Position numbers and translations under genes: made by a program. DNA of 64,000 bases. It comes from an uncultured Thermoleophilia bacterium. GTDB taxonomy: Bacteria > Actinomycetota > Thermoleophilia > UBA2241. Under the pieces are notes generated by a model. It had not been told where the DNA came from. It saw only the letters and a list, made by a program, of their open reading frames with translations, and did no database searches. Below are positions 1-10,573 of this stretch, piece after piece. The DNA lies in assembly GCA_963765635.1 (NCBI GenBank), contig CAVXXF010000002.1:17045-81044 (forward strand). Reading direction: 5' to 3'. Positions within the stretch are counted from its first letter, which is position 1. Each line of letters starts with the position of its first letter.

Positions 1-155
1 GCGGCGAGCACGGCGGTGACCCCGAGAGCGTCAAGTTCTGCCACCGCGCCGGCATGAACTACGTCAGCTGCTCGCCGTTCCGTATCCCCGTGGCGAGGCT
101 TGCCGCGGCGCAGGCAGCGATCGAAGAGCGCAGCGAACTCACGCTCGAGAAGTAG
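1..155 (+). CDS. ppdK: Pyruvate phosphate dikinase, C-terminal end (partial)
   Basis: The frame from nt 3 reads [42 protein letters not shown]...EK*, the characteristic PPDK C-terminus. Not in the ORF track. Confidence 0.95.
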   Translation, partial: GEHGGDPESVKFCHRAGMNYVSCSPFRIPVARLAAAQAAIEERSELTLEK

Positions 156-168
156 GCGGAGGCGCCGC

Positions 169-726
169 GTGGCCAAGCTGGGCGGCGAGATCGCGGCGGT
201 GCTGGCGGACGGGCGCGAGGTGCGCGTGCGAGATGCGCGCACACGGGACGCCCGTCCACTGGCCCGTCTGCTCGACGCCGTCGCCGCCGAGCCGGCCGTC
301 ACGCTGCTCATGCTGCCCGGCCAGTTCGGCGCCGGCGTCTGGCGGCGGCGCATCGCCGATGCCTTGGGCGACCCGCGCTGCCTGCAGCTTTCCGCGGACC
401 TCGACGGCGAGCTGGTCGGCAACCTCGGCCTGCGCCCCGACCCGCACCCGTGTTCGGGGCACGTCACCTGGGTGGGCATGTCGGTGGCCGCGCACTGGCG
501 CGGACTCGGAGTCGGCGGCGCGCTGCTCGAGGCGTCCGCTGCGTGGGCCGCGTCGCACGCCATGACCAAACTGGCCCTCGGGGTCTTCCCCGAGAACGGG
601 CGTGCCATGGGCTTCTACGAACGGCACGGGTTCGTGCGCGAGGGGCTGCGCCGCGCGCAGTACGACCGCGCCGGGCGGTATCATGACGAGGTGCTCATGG
701 CACGCTTCCTCACACCGGTTCCCTGA
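169..726 (+). CDS. GNAT family N-acetyltransferase
   Basis: Motifs GMSVAAHWRGLGVGGALL, LGVFPENGRAMGFYERHGF and HDEVLMARF; GTG start at 169 after GGAGG. Confidence 0.9.
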   Translation: MAKLGGEIAAVLADGREVRVRDARTRDARPLARLLDAVAAEPAVTLLMLPGQFGAGVWRRRIADALGDPRCLQLSADLDGELVGNLGLRPDPHPCSGHVTWVGMSVAAHWRGLGVGGALLEASAAWAASHAMTKLALGVFPENGRAMGFYERHGFVREGLRRAQYDRAGRYHDEVLMARFLTPVP

Positions 727-730
727 GGCG

Positions 731-1102
731 ATGGACCGCACTCGCCTGCTGAGCGGCCTCGTCACCGCGGCCGCGGTCGTGCTGGCCGCGGTACCGGCGG
801 TCGTGGTGTTCGGCCTCGGGTGGCTCACGCTTGGCCATCCCAGCGTGCCTTCCGGCGGCACGGTGCCCCCCGATACCACCTCACCCGAGCAGTGGGTGCT
901 GTTCGCCCTGTTCTACCTCGCCTGGATGTTCGGGCTCATGGTGGTCCTCATCTGGACCTACGATCGTCTAGGGCGCTACTGGCACAGCTGGGACAGAGCG
1001 CCGCGGCGTGAAAAGAAGCAGCGGCGCCGGCTCGGCGCCGGCCTGAGCTACCTGGCCGGGCAGGAGAAGGCGCGGCGCGCGGGCAAGAAGGGCGGCACCT
1101 GA
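731..1102 (+). CDS. Hypothetical membrane protein (2 TM segments, basic C-terminus)
   Basis: ATG 4 nt after the GNAT stop; two hydrophobic stretches; ends 1 nt before dnaG. Confidence 0.65.
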   Translation: MDRTRLLSGLVTAAAVVLAAVPAVVVFGLGWLTLGHPSVPSGGTVPPDTTSPEQWVLFALFYLAWMFGLMVVLIWTYDRLGRYWHSWDRAPRREKKQRRRLGAGLSYLAGQEKARRAGKKGGT

Positions 1103-1103
1103 G

Positions 1104-2933
1104 GTGCCGCTCATCGCCCGCGCCAGCATCGACCAGGTCCAGGCCGCCGCCGACATGGTCGAGATCGTCGGCCAGTACACCGAGCTGCGCAAGGCCGGCG
1201 CCAACTACAGCGGCCGCTGCCCGTTCCACGAGGAGCGCACGCCGTCGTTCTCGGTCAACCCCGCGGAGAAGCTGTACTACTGCTTCGGTTGCGGTGCCGG
1301 AGGTAACCTCTTCGGCTTCGTGCAGGCCAAAGAGCAAATCGACTTCGCGGCGGCCGTCGAGTACCTGGCCGACAGGTACGGCATCGCGCTCGAGTACGAG
1401 GAGTCGAGCGCTCGCGGCGATGCGGAGCGTCACCGCCGCGAGCGCCTGCGCGCCCTTCTGGAGCAGGCCACGGCCTACTACGAGCGCGTCCTGCACGACG
1501 CGGCGGCGGCGGCTCCCGCCCGCGAGTACCTTGAGGCGCGTGGTCTGGGCGACGACGTCTGCCGGCGCTTCCGTCTGGGCTTCAGCCTCGCGGGCTGGGA
1601 CAAGCTGCGCGAGGCGGCGCGCGCCAAGAAGTTCAGCGACCAGGACCTGCTCGACGCCGGTCTCGTCGTGCCGGGCAAGAGCGGGCGGCCCTACGACCGC
1701 TTTCGCGGGCGTATCATGTTCCCGCTCGCCGACGACCGCGGGCGCACGCTTGGTTTCGGCGCGCGCACCATGGGCGACGAGAAGCCCAAGTACCTCAACT
1801 CGCCGGAGACGCCCCTGTACCACAAGAGCGAGGCGGTCTTCGGCCTGCACGCCGCCAAGTCGGCGGCGGGGCGCGAAGACCGCGTCTACGTGGTGGAGGG
1901 CTACACCGACGTGCTCGCCCTGGTGCAGGCCGGCGTGCCCAACGTCGTCGCCAGCATGGGCACGGCGCTCACCGAGCAGCAACTCAGTCGCCTGGCGCGC
2001 GTCACCCGAGATCTCTACCTGTGCTTCGACGCCGACGCCGCCGGCCTGGGCGCCATGAGCCGCGCGCTCACCCTGGGTCGCAAGATGGGACTGAGCCTGC
2101 ATGTCGTCCGCATCCCGGACGGTCTTGACCCGGCCGACTACGTACTCTCCGGGGCCGGCGGCGACGGTTTTCGCGCGCTTGCCGCCGACGCGCAGACGTT
2201 GCTACAATTCCACGTTCGCGTGGCGCTCGCGACGCAGGACCTCGACAAGCCCGACGGAAGAGCACGCGCTTTTGCGCAACTCAAGGGGGTCCTCTCGGAG
2301 GCGGCGACGCCGATCGAGCGCGACGAAGAGCTGCGGTACGTCGCAGACAGGCTGCAGCTTTCGGCCGAGAGCGTGCGCTACCTGCTTGCGGGGAGCGGAC
2401 GCTCTGCCAAGGGCCGAGCCGCCGCCGGGGAAGGCCGCCAGACGCCGCAGAGCGGCGGTGCGGCGGCCGCCTTCGGCGGCGCCCACGAGCTCGAAGTGCG
2501 CTTTCTCGCCGGCTGCCTGGCGCAGCCCCAGAAGGGCCGCGCCGTGCTGGCCGGCGTCGACGAGAGCTACTTCGCCACCGCCGAGACGCGCGCCGCGTTA
2601 CGCGTCGTGAGGGCGCGATTGGAGCGCGAAGCAGCAGGGAATACCCTGCAATCCGCCGCGCGAGAAGCGGAGGAGGACGACGACGGCGAGGCGCTTGCGG
2701 AGATCGTCGTCAGAGCCGGCCGGGAGAGATTCACGGCGGCTGTGGTAGACGAGCTCTTTCTCAGGGTGCAGGAAGCCCACGTGAGCCGTATCATCGCGAA
2801 GCTCAGAGTCACGGCGCAGACAGATGAGACGGGGAAGCAGGACGCGGAACGGATCCGCCTGCAGGCGGTGCGCCGCACGTTGCGCGAAGCGATCAGCAGG
2901 ATCCCGGTGGACGAGGAGCCCGATCAAGGCTAG
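1104..2933 (+). CDS. dnaG: DNA primase
   Basis: Zinc finger CPFHEERTPSF...YYCFGCG, KYLNSPET, TOPRIM VEGYTDV and CFDADAAG. Confidence 0.97.
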   Translation: MPLIARASIDQVQAAADMVEIVGQYTELRKAGANYSGRCPFHEERTPSFSVNPAEKLYYCFGCGAGGNLFGFVQAKEQIDFAAAVEYLADRYGIALEYEESSARGDAERHRRERLRALLEQATAYYERVLHDAAAAAPAREYLEARGLGDDVCRRFRLGFSLAGWDKLREAARAKKFSDQDLLDAGLVVPGKSGRPYDRFRGRIMFPLADDRGRTLGFGARTMGDEKPKYLNSPETPLYHKSEAVFGLHAAKSAAGREDRVYVVEGYTDVLALVQAGVPNVVASMGTALTEQQLSRLARVTRDLYLCFDADAAGLGAMSRALTLGRKMGLSLHVVRIPDGLDPADYVLSGAGGDGFRALAADAQTLLQFHVRVALATQDLDKPDGRARAFAQLKGVLSEAATPIERDEELRYVADRLQLSAESVRYLLAGSGRSAKGRAAAGEGRQTPQSGGAAAAFGGAHELEVRFLAGCLAQPQKGRAVLAGVDESYFATAETRAALRVVRARLEREAAGNTLQSAAREAEEDDDGEALAEIVVRAGRERFTAAVVDELFLRVQEAHVSRIIAKLRVTAQTDETGKQDAERIRLQAVRRTLREAISRIPVDEEPDQG

Positions 2934-2945
2934 GGGACGAAACTC

Positions 2946-4063
<1,118 letters not shown>

Positions 4064-4067
<4 letters not shown>

Positions 4068-5536
4068 GCGCTGTCGGCGTGACGGGCGGGGACCCGGAGA
4101 CGCGTGTCCTGCTGGTGTTCCCCGGCTCTCTGTACGGCGGCTGCTGGGCAGACGGGCCGCGCGTCAAGCCGGAGCTGGTCAGCCTGTCGACGGAGCTGCG
4201 TCGCGCGGGCTTCGCCGTCGACGTCCTGGACCTCGAGGTCGAGTGCGGCAACCCCGACGACGACGGCGCGCGGGCTGCGTTTCTGACGCGCGCCGAGGAG
4301 CTTCTTGACGCGCGCCCGGCCGACCTCGTCGTGGTCTCGTGCTGGTCGGCGCTGCAGTATGCGGCCGCGATGGCCGTCGCGGAGCGCGTGCGGTGCCTGC
4401 ATCCAGCTGCGGTGATCGCGGCCGAGGGGTACCATGTCTCGGTGCGCCCGGACGACTTCAGCGACGCGGGCGCCCCGTTCGACTGGCTCATCGTCGGCGA
4501 GGCCGAGTCGGCGGCCGTCACGATCGCGGTCGCGGTCGCGGGCGGCGAGCGCGAGACCGGCGCCTGCCGCGCGCTCGAGGGCAGGCCCCTGCCGCTGGAC
4601 GCGGCGCACGCCCCCGACTACGCGGCCTACCCGTACGCCCGCCGGGGACTCCCGGAGCTCGGCGTCTTCCTGAGCCGCGGTTGTCCGTACAACGCCCCCG
4701 CCTGTCTGCTGCGCCCGGGCGGCGGCTGGCACGCGTACCCGCCGCACGTCGCGGTCGCCCTTCTCACCGGCCTCTCCGAGCTCGGCCCCGGCCGCATCGA
4801 CGTGCTCGATCCCGCGTTCGGTTACGACCCTGTGTGGCGACACGCCGTCCTTGAAGGCTTGGCCGCCGCCGACCGCCGCGACCTTGCGATCACCGTCGCC
4901 GGCAGGCCGGCCGACCTCACGCGCGTAGACGTCGACAGGCTGTATGAGGCGCGCCTGCGCCTGCGCCTCGACGTGGGCACGCTGTCTCCTGAGCTGCTCT
5001 CGCGCACGGGGCAGGCTCCGCAGCCGCATCGGGCGGTCGTGCACGCCCTCGATCTGCTCACCTACGCCAACGCCAAGGGTCTCGTGACCGTGGCCTCGCT
5101 GACGTTCAACCAGCCCGGCGAGACGCGGGCCTCGGCGACGGAGACTCTCGACGCTCTGCAGGGCCTCGTCGAGGCAATGCCCAACACGTCGGTCTTCCTC
5201 CAGGCGCAAGCGTGGGCGTTTCTGCCCGCCGGCGATCCAGCCGCCGACATCGAGACGCCAGGGGCGCGCTTCGGGACGCGCATCGCGCGGCCGCAGTGGT
5301 GGAAGGAGCAGGTGCCTGCGGAGGCCGCCGCCCAAGAGGTCGTCGCGAGCCACGAGCTGGCCGATCTGCGGGCCGGCGATCAGAGCTACTGGCGGGCGCG
5401 CTTCGACGAGCTGCATGAGCGCCTCGACGCCAAACTCACGATTGCGGCGCGGCGCGGCCTGCGGAGCCACGAGACCGTGGGCTCGGCCGCTTCCGGAGTG
5501 CCGCACGGCTGGTGGGTCGAGGCGCGCTGGCACTGA
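4064..5536 (+). CDS. Cobalamin-binding radical-SAM-like protein with degenerate cluster motif
   Basis: N-terminal B12-binding-like domain (VLLVFP...DVLDL...DWLIVGEAE), [11 protein letters not shown] (CxxxAxxC) and NQPGET; TTG start overlaps the rpoD stop. Confidence 0.75.
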
Positions 5537-5771
5537 CTCAGAGGCGCGCCGAACCCCGTTCGTAGAAGGCATCCTCGGCGCGCAGGTAGTCGCGCAGCGT
5601 ATGCTTGATCACTGTCGCCAGCGGCTCCTGCGGCCACGGCAGCACCCGCCGGTTGACGAACGGGCACTCCTCCTGCGGTGGCCGCTCGGGACGCAGCAGC
5701 AACTCCGACTCCATACACGTGCCGACTGGGCGCTCCCCGCCAGGGCCGGACTGCCGGCGGGCGCGGCGTGT

Positions 5772-5800
5772 TTGTCCGGCGGGGTGCCCTGGCCTATACT
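5772..5800 (+). promoter_or_regulatory. Sigma70-type promoter of tRNA-Asn
   Basis: TTGTCC-17 nt-TATACT ending 16 nt before the tRNA. Confidence 0.6.
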
Positions 5801-5816
5801 CTTGCCTCCAGAGCGG

Positions 5817-5892
<76 letters not shown>

Positions 5893-6049
5893 GTCTCTCA
5901 CGGGGCGCCGCGGCCGAGAGGCCCCGGCGCCCCTGCCGCGTACGGGCCCCGCTCACCATCCCACGGGCTTCTTCTCCCGCCAGCCGGGTACACCCTCTGG
6001 TGTGAACGGCGGTGGCCGCCGCCACGCGGCCCTGAGGCGAGGAGGAATC

Positions 6050-6541
6050 ATGGCGGATCCGATGGATGAGGCCAAGCGCGAGGCGGAGGCCGGCGTGGCC
6101 GACGACAGGTTCAGCAAGCTGGTCACATCGCTCGGCGGGACGGCCTCGGCGCAGGCGGTGTTCGGCGCCGCCGTGGAGAAGGACGGCGTCACGATCGTGC
6201 CCGTCGCGCGCGTGCGCTTCGGTGTGGGCGGCGGCGGTGGCCGCGGCCCGGGACGCAAGAAGAAGAGCGGCAGCGGTGACCCCGATCAGGTCGGCTACGG
6301 GCAGGGCGGCGGCGTACAGGCGGCGCCCGTCGGCTACATCGAGCTCCGCGATGGGCAGACCAGCTACAAGCGCATCGCCGACCCCGCGCGGCCGCTGGCC
6401 ATGCTCCTGCTCTTCCCGCTGGTCGGCGTGATCTCGTTCGGCTTGATGGTGGCGATCAGTCTGCAGGCCGCCAAGTCGATGCGCGGCATGATGCCCTCGT
6501 TGCCGCACGTGTCCCTGCCGTCGCTGCACTGGCGTCAGTAG
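6050..6541 (+). CDS. YtfJ/GerW-like protein with C-terminal TM helix
   Basis: VFGAAVEKDGVTIVPVARVRFGVGGGGG...GGGVQAAPVGYIE is the YtfJ-family pattern; SD GGAGGA. Confidence 0.75.
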   Translation: MADPMDEAKREAEAGVADDRFSKLVTSLGGTASAQAVFGAAVEKDGVTIVPVARVRFGVGGGGGRGPGRKKKSGSGDPDQVGYGQGGGVQAAPVGYIELRDGQTSYKRIADPARPLAMLLLFPLVGVISFGLMVAISLQAAKSMRGMMPSLPHVSLPSLHWRQ

Positions 6542-6605
6542 CGGGCTGAGGGACTCGCGCGAACGGCCATGCACCGGCGACCGATCGCCGTCGGCGAAAA
6601 ACGGA

Positions 6606-6641
6606 AGAGGGCGGGGCCGCTCCCTTTCGGCCCCGCCCTCT
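6606..6641. terminator. Hairpin terminator between convergent genes
   Basis: AGAGGGCGGGGCCG-8 nt-CGGCCCCGCCCTCT, a perfect 14-bp stem. Confidence 0.7.
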
Positions 6642-6703
6642 CGACGGTCTTCATCGGGAAGCCGCCCACTTCGGCGGCCGGCTTCTTCGCTGCTTGCTGA
6701 TCG

Positions 6704-7933
6704 TCAGTCGAACGCGTAGGCGTCTTCGCCGTGCAACTGGCTGTCCAGGCCGATCTTCTCGACCTCATCCGGAACGCGGACCGGCCCAAAGATGTTGATG
6801 ACCTTGAGGATGATCCAGGTGACCACAAAGGCATAGGCCCCGATGATGAGCACCGCAAGTACCTGGACGCCGAGGAACCTCGGGTTGCCCTCGAGCAGCC
6901 CATCGGCGCCGGCGGCATTGACCGCGGTGCTCGCGAACACACCCAGGAGGATCGAGCCCATGATGCCACCCACGCCGTGGGCGGCCCAAACGTCCAGGGC
7001 GTCGTCCCACTTCATGCGTTCCTTGAACTTGACGGCGCCGTAGCAGACTGATCCAGCCAGCAGGCCGATGACGAATGCCGACCAGGTCGGTATGTAGCCG
7101 GCGCACGGCGTCACGCAGGCGAGGCCGGCGACGGCGCCGGTGAAGGCGCCGACCAGGCTCGGCTTGCCGTCGACCTTCCACGTGATGAACAGCCAGGTGC
7201 ACATCGCGATCGAGCCGGCGATGTCGGTGTTCACGAAAGCCTGGGCGGCGACGCCGTTGGCGGCCAGCGCGGAACCGCCGTTGAACCCGAACCAGCCGAA
7301 CCAGAGGAGTGCGGTCCCGAGCCCCACGAAGGCGATGTTGTGCGCCACGCTGCGCTCGCCCTTGGCGAACTTGCGTTTGCCGACGACCCAGACCGAGGCC
7401 AGGGCCGCCATGCCGGCACTGGTGTGCACGACCATGCCGCCGGCGAAGTCCAGGGCGCCCCACTCGGCGAGAAAGCCGCCGCCCCACATCCAGTGGGTGA
7501 AGGGGACGTAGACGAGCAGACTCCAGGCTACGAGGAACCACAGGTAGCTCTTGAAGTTGACCCGGTCCGCGAAGGCGCCGGTGATCAGCGCCGGCGTGAT
7601 GATGGCGAACATCTCCTCGTAGGTGAAGTGCGCCAGCGCTGGGATGGTCGGCGCCCACGGCCCCGGCGTCTCCCCGACCCCATTGAGGAATGCCCAGTCC
7701 AGATTGCCGATGAGGCCGAGCGGGCCGTTCCCAGAGAACGCCAGCGAGTAGCCCACCGCGACCCAGATGAACGTCACAACGCCCATGCTGATGAAGCTCT
7801 GCATCATGATCGCCAGGAAGTTCTTGCGGCGAACAAGGCCCCCGTAGAAGAACGCGAGGCCGGGGGTCATCAGCGCGACGAGCGCCGCCGACATGAGGAC
7901 GAACGCGGTGTCCCCAGCGTTGATTTCGCCCAT
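6704..7933 (-). CDS. amtB: Ammonium transporter
   Basis: GDTAFVLMSAALVALMTPGLAFFYGG, DFAGGMVVH, WFGWFGFNGGS, DDALDVWAAHGVGG. Confidence 0.96.
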   Translation of the reverse strand: MGEINAGDTAFVLMSAALVALMTPGLAFFYGGLVRRKNFLAIMMQSFISMGVVTFIWVAVGYSLAFSGNGPLGLIGNLDWAFLNGVGETPGPWAPTIPALAHFTYEEMFAIITPALITGAFADRVNFKSYLWFLVAWSLLVYVPFTHWMWGGGFLAEWGALDFAGGMVVHTSAGMAALASVWVVGKRKFAKGERSVAHNIAFVGLGTALLWFGWFGFNGGSALAANGVAAQAFVNTDIAGSIAMCTWLFITWKVDGKPSLVGAFTGAVAGLACVTPCAGYIPTWSAFVIGLLAGSVCYGAVKFKERMKWDDALDVWAAHGVGGIMGSILLGVFASTAVNAAGADGLLEGNPRFLGVQVLAVLIIGAYAFVVTWIILKVINIFGPVRVPDEVEKIGLDSQLHGEDAYAFD

Positions 7934-8144
7934 GCGAAATCCTCCTATGATGTGCCTGACACTCTAAGCTCGGAACCCTCAAGGGAGTACGTCGGCGAAC
8001 CTCACCCGAGAGCCAGACGCTGGCCGGGCATCGGTGGGGATACCCTCCAGCCACCAGCCCGATTGCCGCGATTCTTCCAGCTTGTGTAGCGGCGCGCAAG
8101 GCGGGCGCGCGGCGTGTCGCGAGGCCACTGCTGTCTTGGGCGGC

Positions 8145-8936
8145 TCAGCCCAGGATGAGCCGCTGCGGGTCGACCTCGTCGCGCAGGATGCGCAGCTCCT
8201 CGGCGTGCGGCGGCTCGGTCAGGGTCGATCGCGAGATGTCGACGGCGAAGCCCGTGTTCTGCTGCACCTGCTCCGGGGTGACGCCGTCATAGCGCTCGGC
8301 GAGGTACATCTCGTGCGTGGTCTCGTCGAACTTGAGCACGCACAGGTTGGTGACCACGGCGATGGGCCCGCCGCGCCGGTAGCCGGCGCGCTTGCGTGAG
8401 TCGCCGCCGCTGAGCCAGCCCGGCGTGGTCAGATAGTCGAGCTTCTCGACGAACTTCTGCACGCCGTGCTGCATGAAGACGATGTAGCCGCTGGCCAGGG
8501 AGCCAGCGTCGCAGGCGCCGCCGCTACCGCTGAAACGCACCTTCGGCGCAAGGTAGTCGCCGATCACCGTCGAGTTCATGTTGCCGTACCTGTCGACCTG
8601 GGCGGCGCCCAGGAAGGCGATGGTGTGCAGCCGCCGGTTGGCCACGTAGCTGAAAGCCTCGACGAGACCCGCGTTGAGGTTGGCGAACGCCATGACGCGC
8701 GGGTCGGCGACGGCCATGGGCAGCTCCTCGAGCGTCGGCCCGATGCCGCCGGTCTCGAAGAAGATGTGAGCGTGGGGGGCGTGGATACGCTTGGCCACGG
8801 TCGCGGCCAGCATCGCCACGCCGGTGCCGGCGAACAGCACGTCGCCGTCCTTGATGAAGCGGCCGGCGGCGATCGCCATCATCTCGCGGGGCGAGTAGGC
8901 AGTCGCGGCCGTCGGTGCGTCGCGCATCTCGCTCAC
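8145..8936 (-). CDS. CoA-transferase beta subunit (glutaconate CoA-transferase GctB-like)
   Basis: FAGTG...FFETGG, FLGAAQVDRYGNMNST, GSGGACD, FVEKLDYLTTPG, VDPQRLILG; GTG start overlaps the alpha-subunit stop (GTGA). Confidence 0.88.
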   Translation of the reverse strand: MSEMRDAPTAATAYSPREMMAIAAGRFIKDGDVLFAGTGVAMLAATVAKRIHAPHAHIFFETGGIGPTLEELPMAVADPRVMAFANLNAGLVEAFSYVANRRLHTIAFLGAAQVDRYGNMNSTVIGDYLAPKVRFSGSGGACDAGSLASGYIVFMQHGVQKFVEKLDYLTTPGWLSGGDSRKRAGYRRGGPIAVVTNLCVLKFDETTHEMYLAERYDGVTPEQVQQNTGFAVDISRSTLTEPPHAEELRILRDEVDPQRLILG

Positions 8937-9910
8937 CTCCGGTCCAGGCCCGGCGCGTAGCCGGCCACGGTGTTGGCCCTGATGCGCGCCAGCTGCGCGC
9001 CGCCGACCTTGTCGAGGTAGGCGTCCCAGCTCTCGACGCCGTCCACCCACTCGTCGAGATAGGCGGCCCAGGAGGCGTCGTCTTTGGCCGCCGCCTTGTA
9101 GTGATTGAGGTGGGCGGGGTCGTAGTCGTAGAAGTACGGGCAGGCGGTGGGGTGGGCGCCGTACGGCGCCAGGACCACCGCATCCACGAGGAAGGGCGGC
9201 AGGGAGTTGCGGTCGGGGTCGAGGCGCAGGTAGCTCTCGGGGACGATCTCCTCGCAGGTGACGATGACGGCGCTCGCGGCTTTGCACTGCTCCAGGTCGG
9301 CGAAGCTGAGCCCCCGGATGCGCACCGTGCCGTCGGTGCTCACCTGCTGGGCGTGGATGATCGAGACGTCCGGAGTAAGCGCGGGGAGGAGGACGACCTC
9401 GTCGTCCTCGTGGCCGAAGGGATCGTCGATGACGATGACCTTATGGCAAGGAATGCCGTCCTCGCAGCGCAGCTCGGGGGGGAAGCCCGACTTCTCGATG
9501 ACGTCGGTACCGAGCCCCGACTTGCTGGGGATGAAGGGTACGCCAAGGGCGCCGGCGAGGAAGCGCAGGCTCATCATGTTGTTGGTGTAGTCCTCGACCA
9601 ACAGCTCACCGCGCTCCACCGCCTTGCGGAAGCGGATGCAGGTGGGAGCGAAGCGGCCGTTGCCGCCGTAGGCGATGTCGAGGCGGCGCACGCAGCCGGC
9701 GCCCACGAGCACGTCCAGCGCCTGGCCATTGGAGTGCGCGACGAGATGCAGGTCCTTGATGCGGCGGCGGGCGATCTCGTAGGTCGCCGCCATCGGATTG
9801 CGCGTGATGGTGAAGCCGCCGACGGCGATCTGGCAGCCGTCGGGCACGAAGCGCTCGACGGCCTCCCCGACGCTCATGAGCTTGCCGTCCAGGCCGTTGT
9901 GCTCGGCCAT
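8933..9910 (-). CDS. CoA-transferase alpha subunit (GctA-like)
   Basis: KLMSVGEAVERFVPDG...GGFTITRNPMA, RFLAGALGVPFIP, PDVSIIHAQ, PYGAHPTAC. Confidence 0.9.
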   Translation of the reverse strand: MAEHNGLDGKLMSVGEAVERFVPDGCQIAVGGFTITRNPMAATYEIARRRIKDLHLVAHSNGQALDVLVGAGCVRRLDIAYGGNGRFAPTCIRFRKAVERGELLVEDYTNNMMSLRFLAGALGVPFIPSKSGLGTDVIEKSGFPPELRCEDGIPCHKVIVIDDPFGHEDDEVVLLPALTPDVSIIHAQQVSTDGTVRIRGLSFADLEQCKAASAVIVTCEEIVPESYLRLDPDRNSLPPFLVDAVVLAPYGAHPTACPYFYDYDPAHLNHYKAAAKDDASWAAYLDEWVDGVESWDAYLDKVGGAQLARIRANTVAGYAPGLDRR

Positions 9911-10077
9911 CTGCTGTCCCTCCTCGAGTCGGTGAGGGGTCTCTTAACGCGAAAACCCCAGCGAGCGCGATGCGTCTCAGCTGGGGAGCAAGGCCTGAGG
10001 GAAGGGCCGGTGGGAACGCCGCCGGCCCGGGCCATACGGCAGCGAGTTCATGATACACGCGGGCGGCGGCGATGCAA
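9911..10077 (-). promoter_or_regulatory. Promoter and structured 5' leader with terminator-like hairpin (copy A)
   Basis: TTGCAT-16-TATCAT, a GC hairpin, CCCTCAGGCCTTG, then CCCCAGC...GCTGGGG-TTTTCGCGTT; homologous to 16401-16575. Confidence 0.6.
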
Positions 10078-10135
10078 CATGCGCCTCGCCGCCCGCGGTC
10101 GCCTCGCGCGAGCGCCCCTGTGCTAGGCTGCGTAT

Positions 10136-10474
10136 ATGACGAGCGCGCCGCCGACTTTCCTCTTCTCGGGCTATGCGCGCCTGCCGCAGGACGTCAGTCA
10201 CCAGGCGATGTACAAGCGCGTCGGCGTGGTGCTCGAGGTCGACGAGGCCGGCGTGGTCGCCGCCTGCAGCACCACGCTGATGATGGCGTCGGCCGATACC
10301 TTCTTCCAGAGGCTGCTCGTCGGACGCAACGTGCTCTCCGAGCGCCGCGAGATCGAGGCGCTGGTGCGCTACCGCTACCGCGGCCATTCGCAGGGAGCGC
10401 TCGTCTCGGCGCTGCACAAGATCTTCGAGGCCGTCGACCTGAGCCCGCTGGTGCTCGGAGGGACGGCCGGCTGA
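10136..10474 (+). CDS. DUF3870-like protein
   Basis: FSGYARLPQ...YKRVGVVLEVD...CSTTL...RYRGHSQGALVSAL resembles DUF3870; extended -10 TGCTAGGCT 6 nt before the ATG (leaderless). Confidence 0.7.
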   Translation: MTSAPPTFLFSGYARLPQDVSHQAMYKRVGVVLEVDEAGVVAACSTTLMMASADTFFQRLLVGRNVLSERREIEALVRYRYRGHSQGALVSALHKIFEAVDLSPLVLGGTAG

Positions 10475-10573
10475 GCGACGAGCGCCGCCACGGCGAACAC
10501 AACGGCCGCCGCACGCAGGCGTCGTTTTAGGGCGTACACTCCTGGTCTGACGCGTCGCCTCGGGAGAGGGAAG

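Noticed and set aside
5538-5714. 58-aa minus-strand ORF (MESELLLRPERPP...) between the rSAM-like gene and tRNA-Asn
   Set aside because: No recognisable motif or convincing ribosome-binding site; cannot be supported without homology data.
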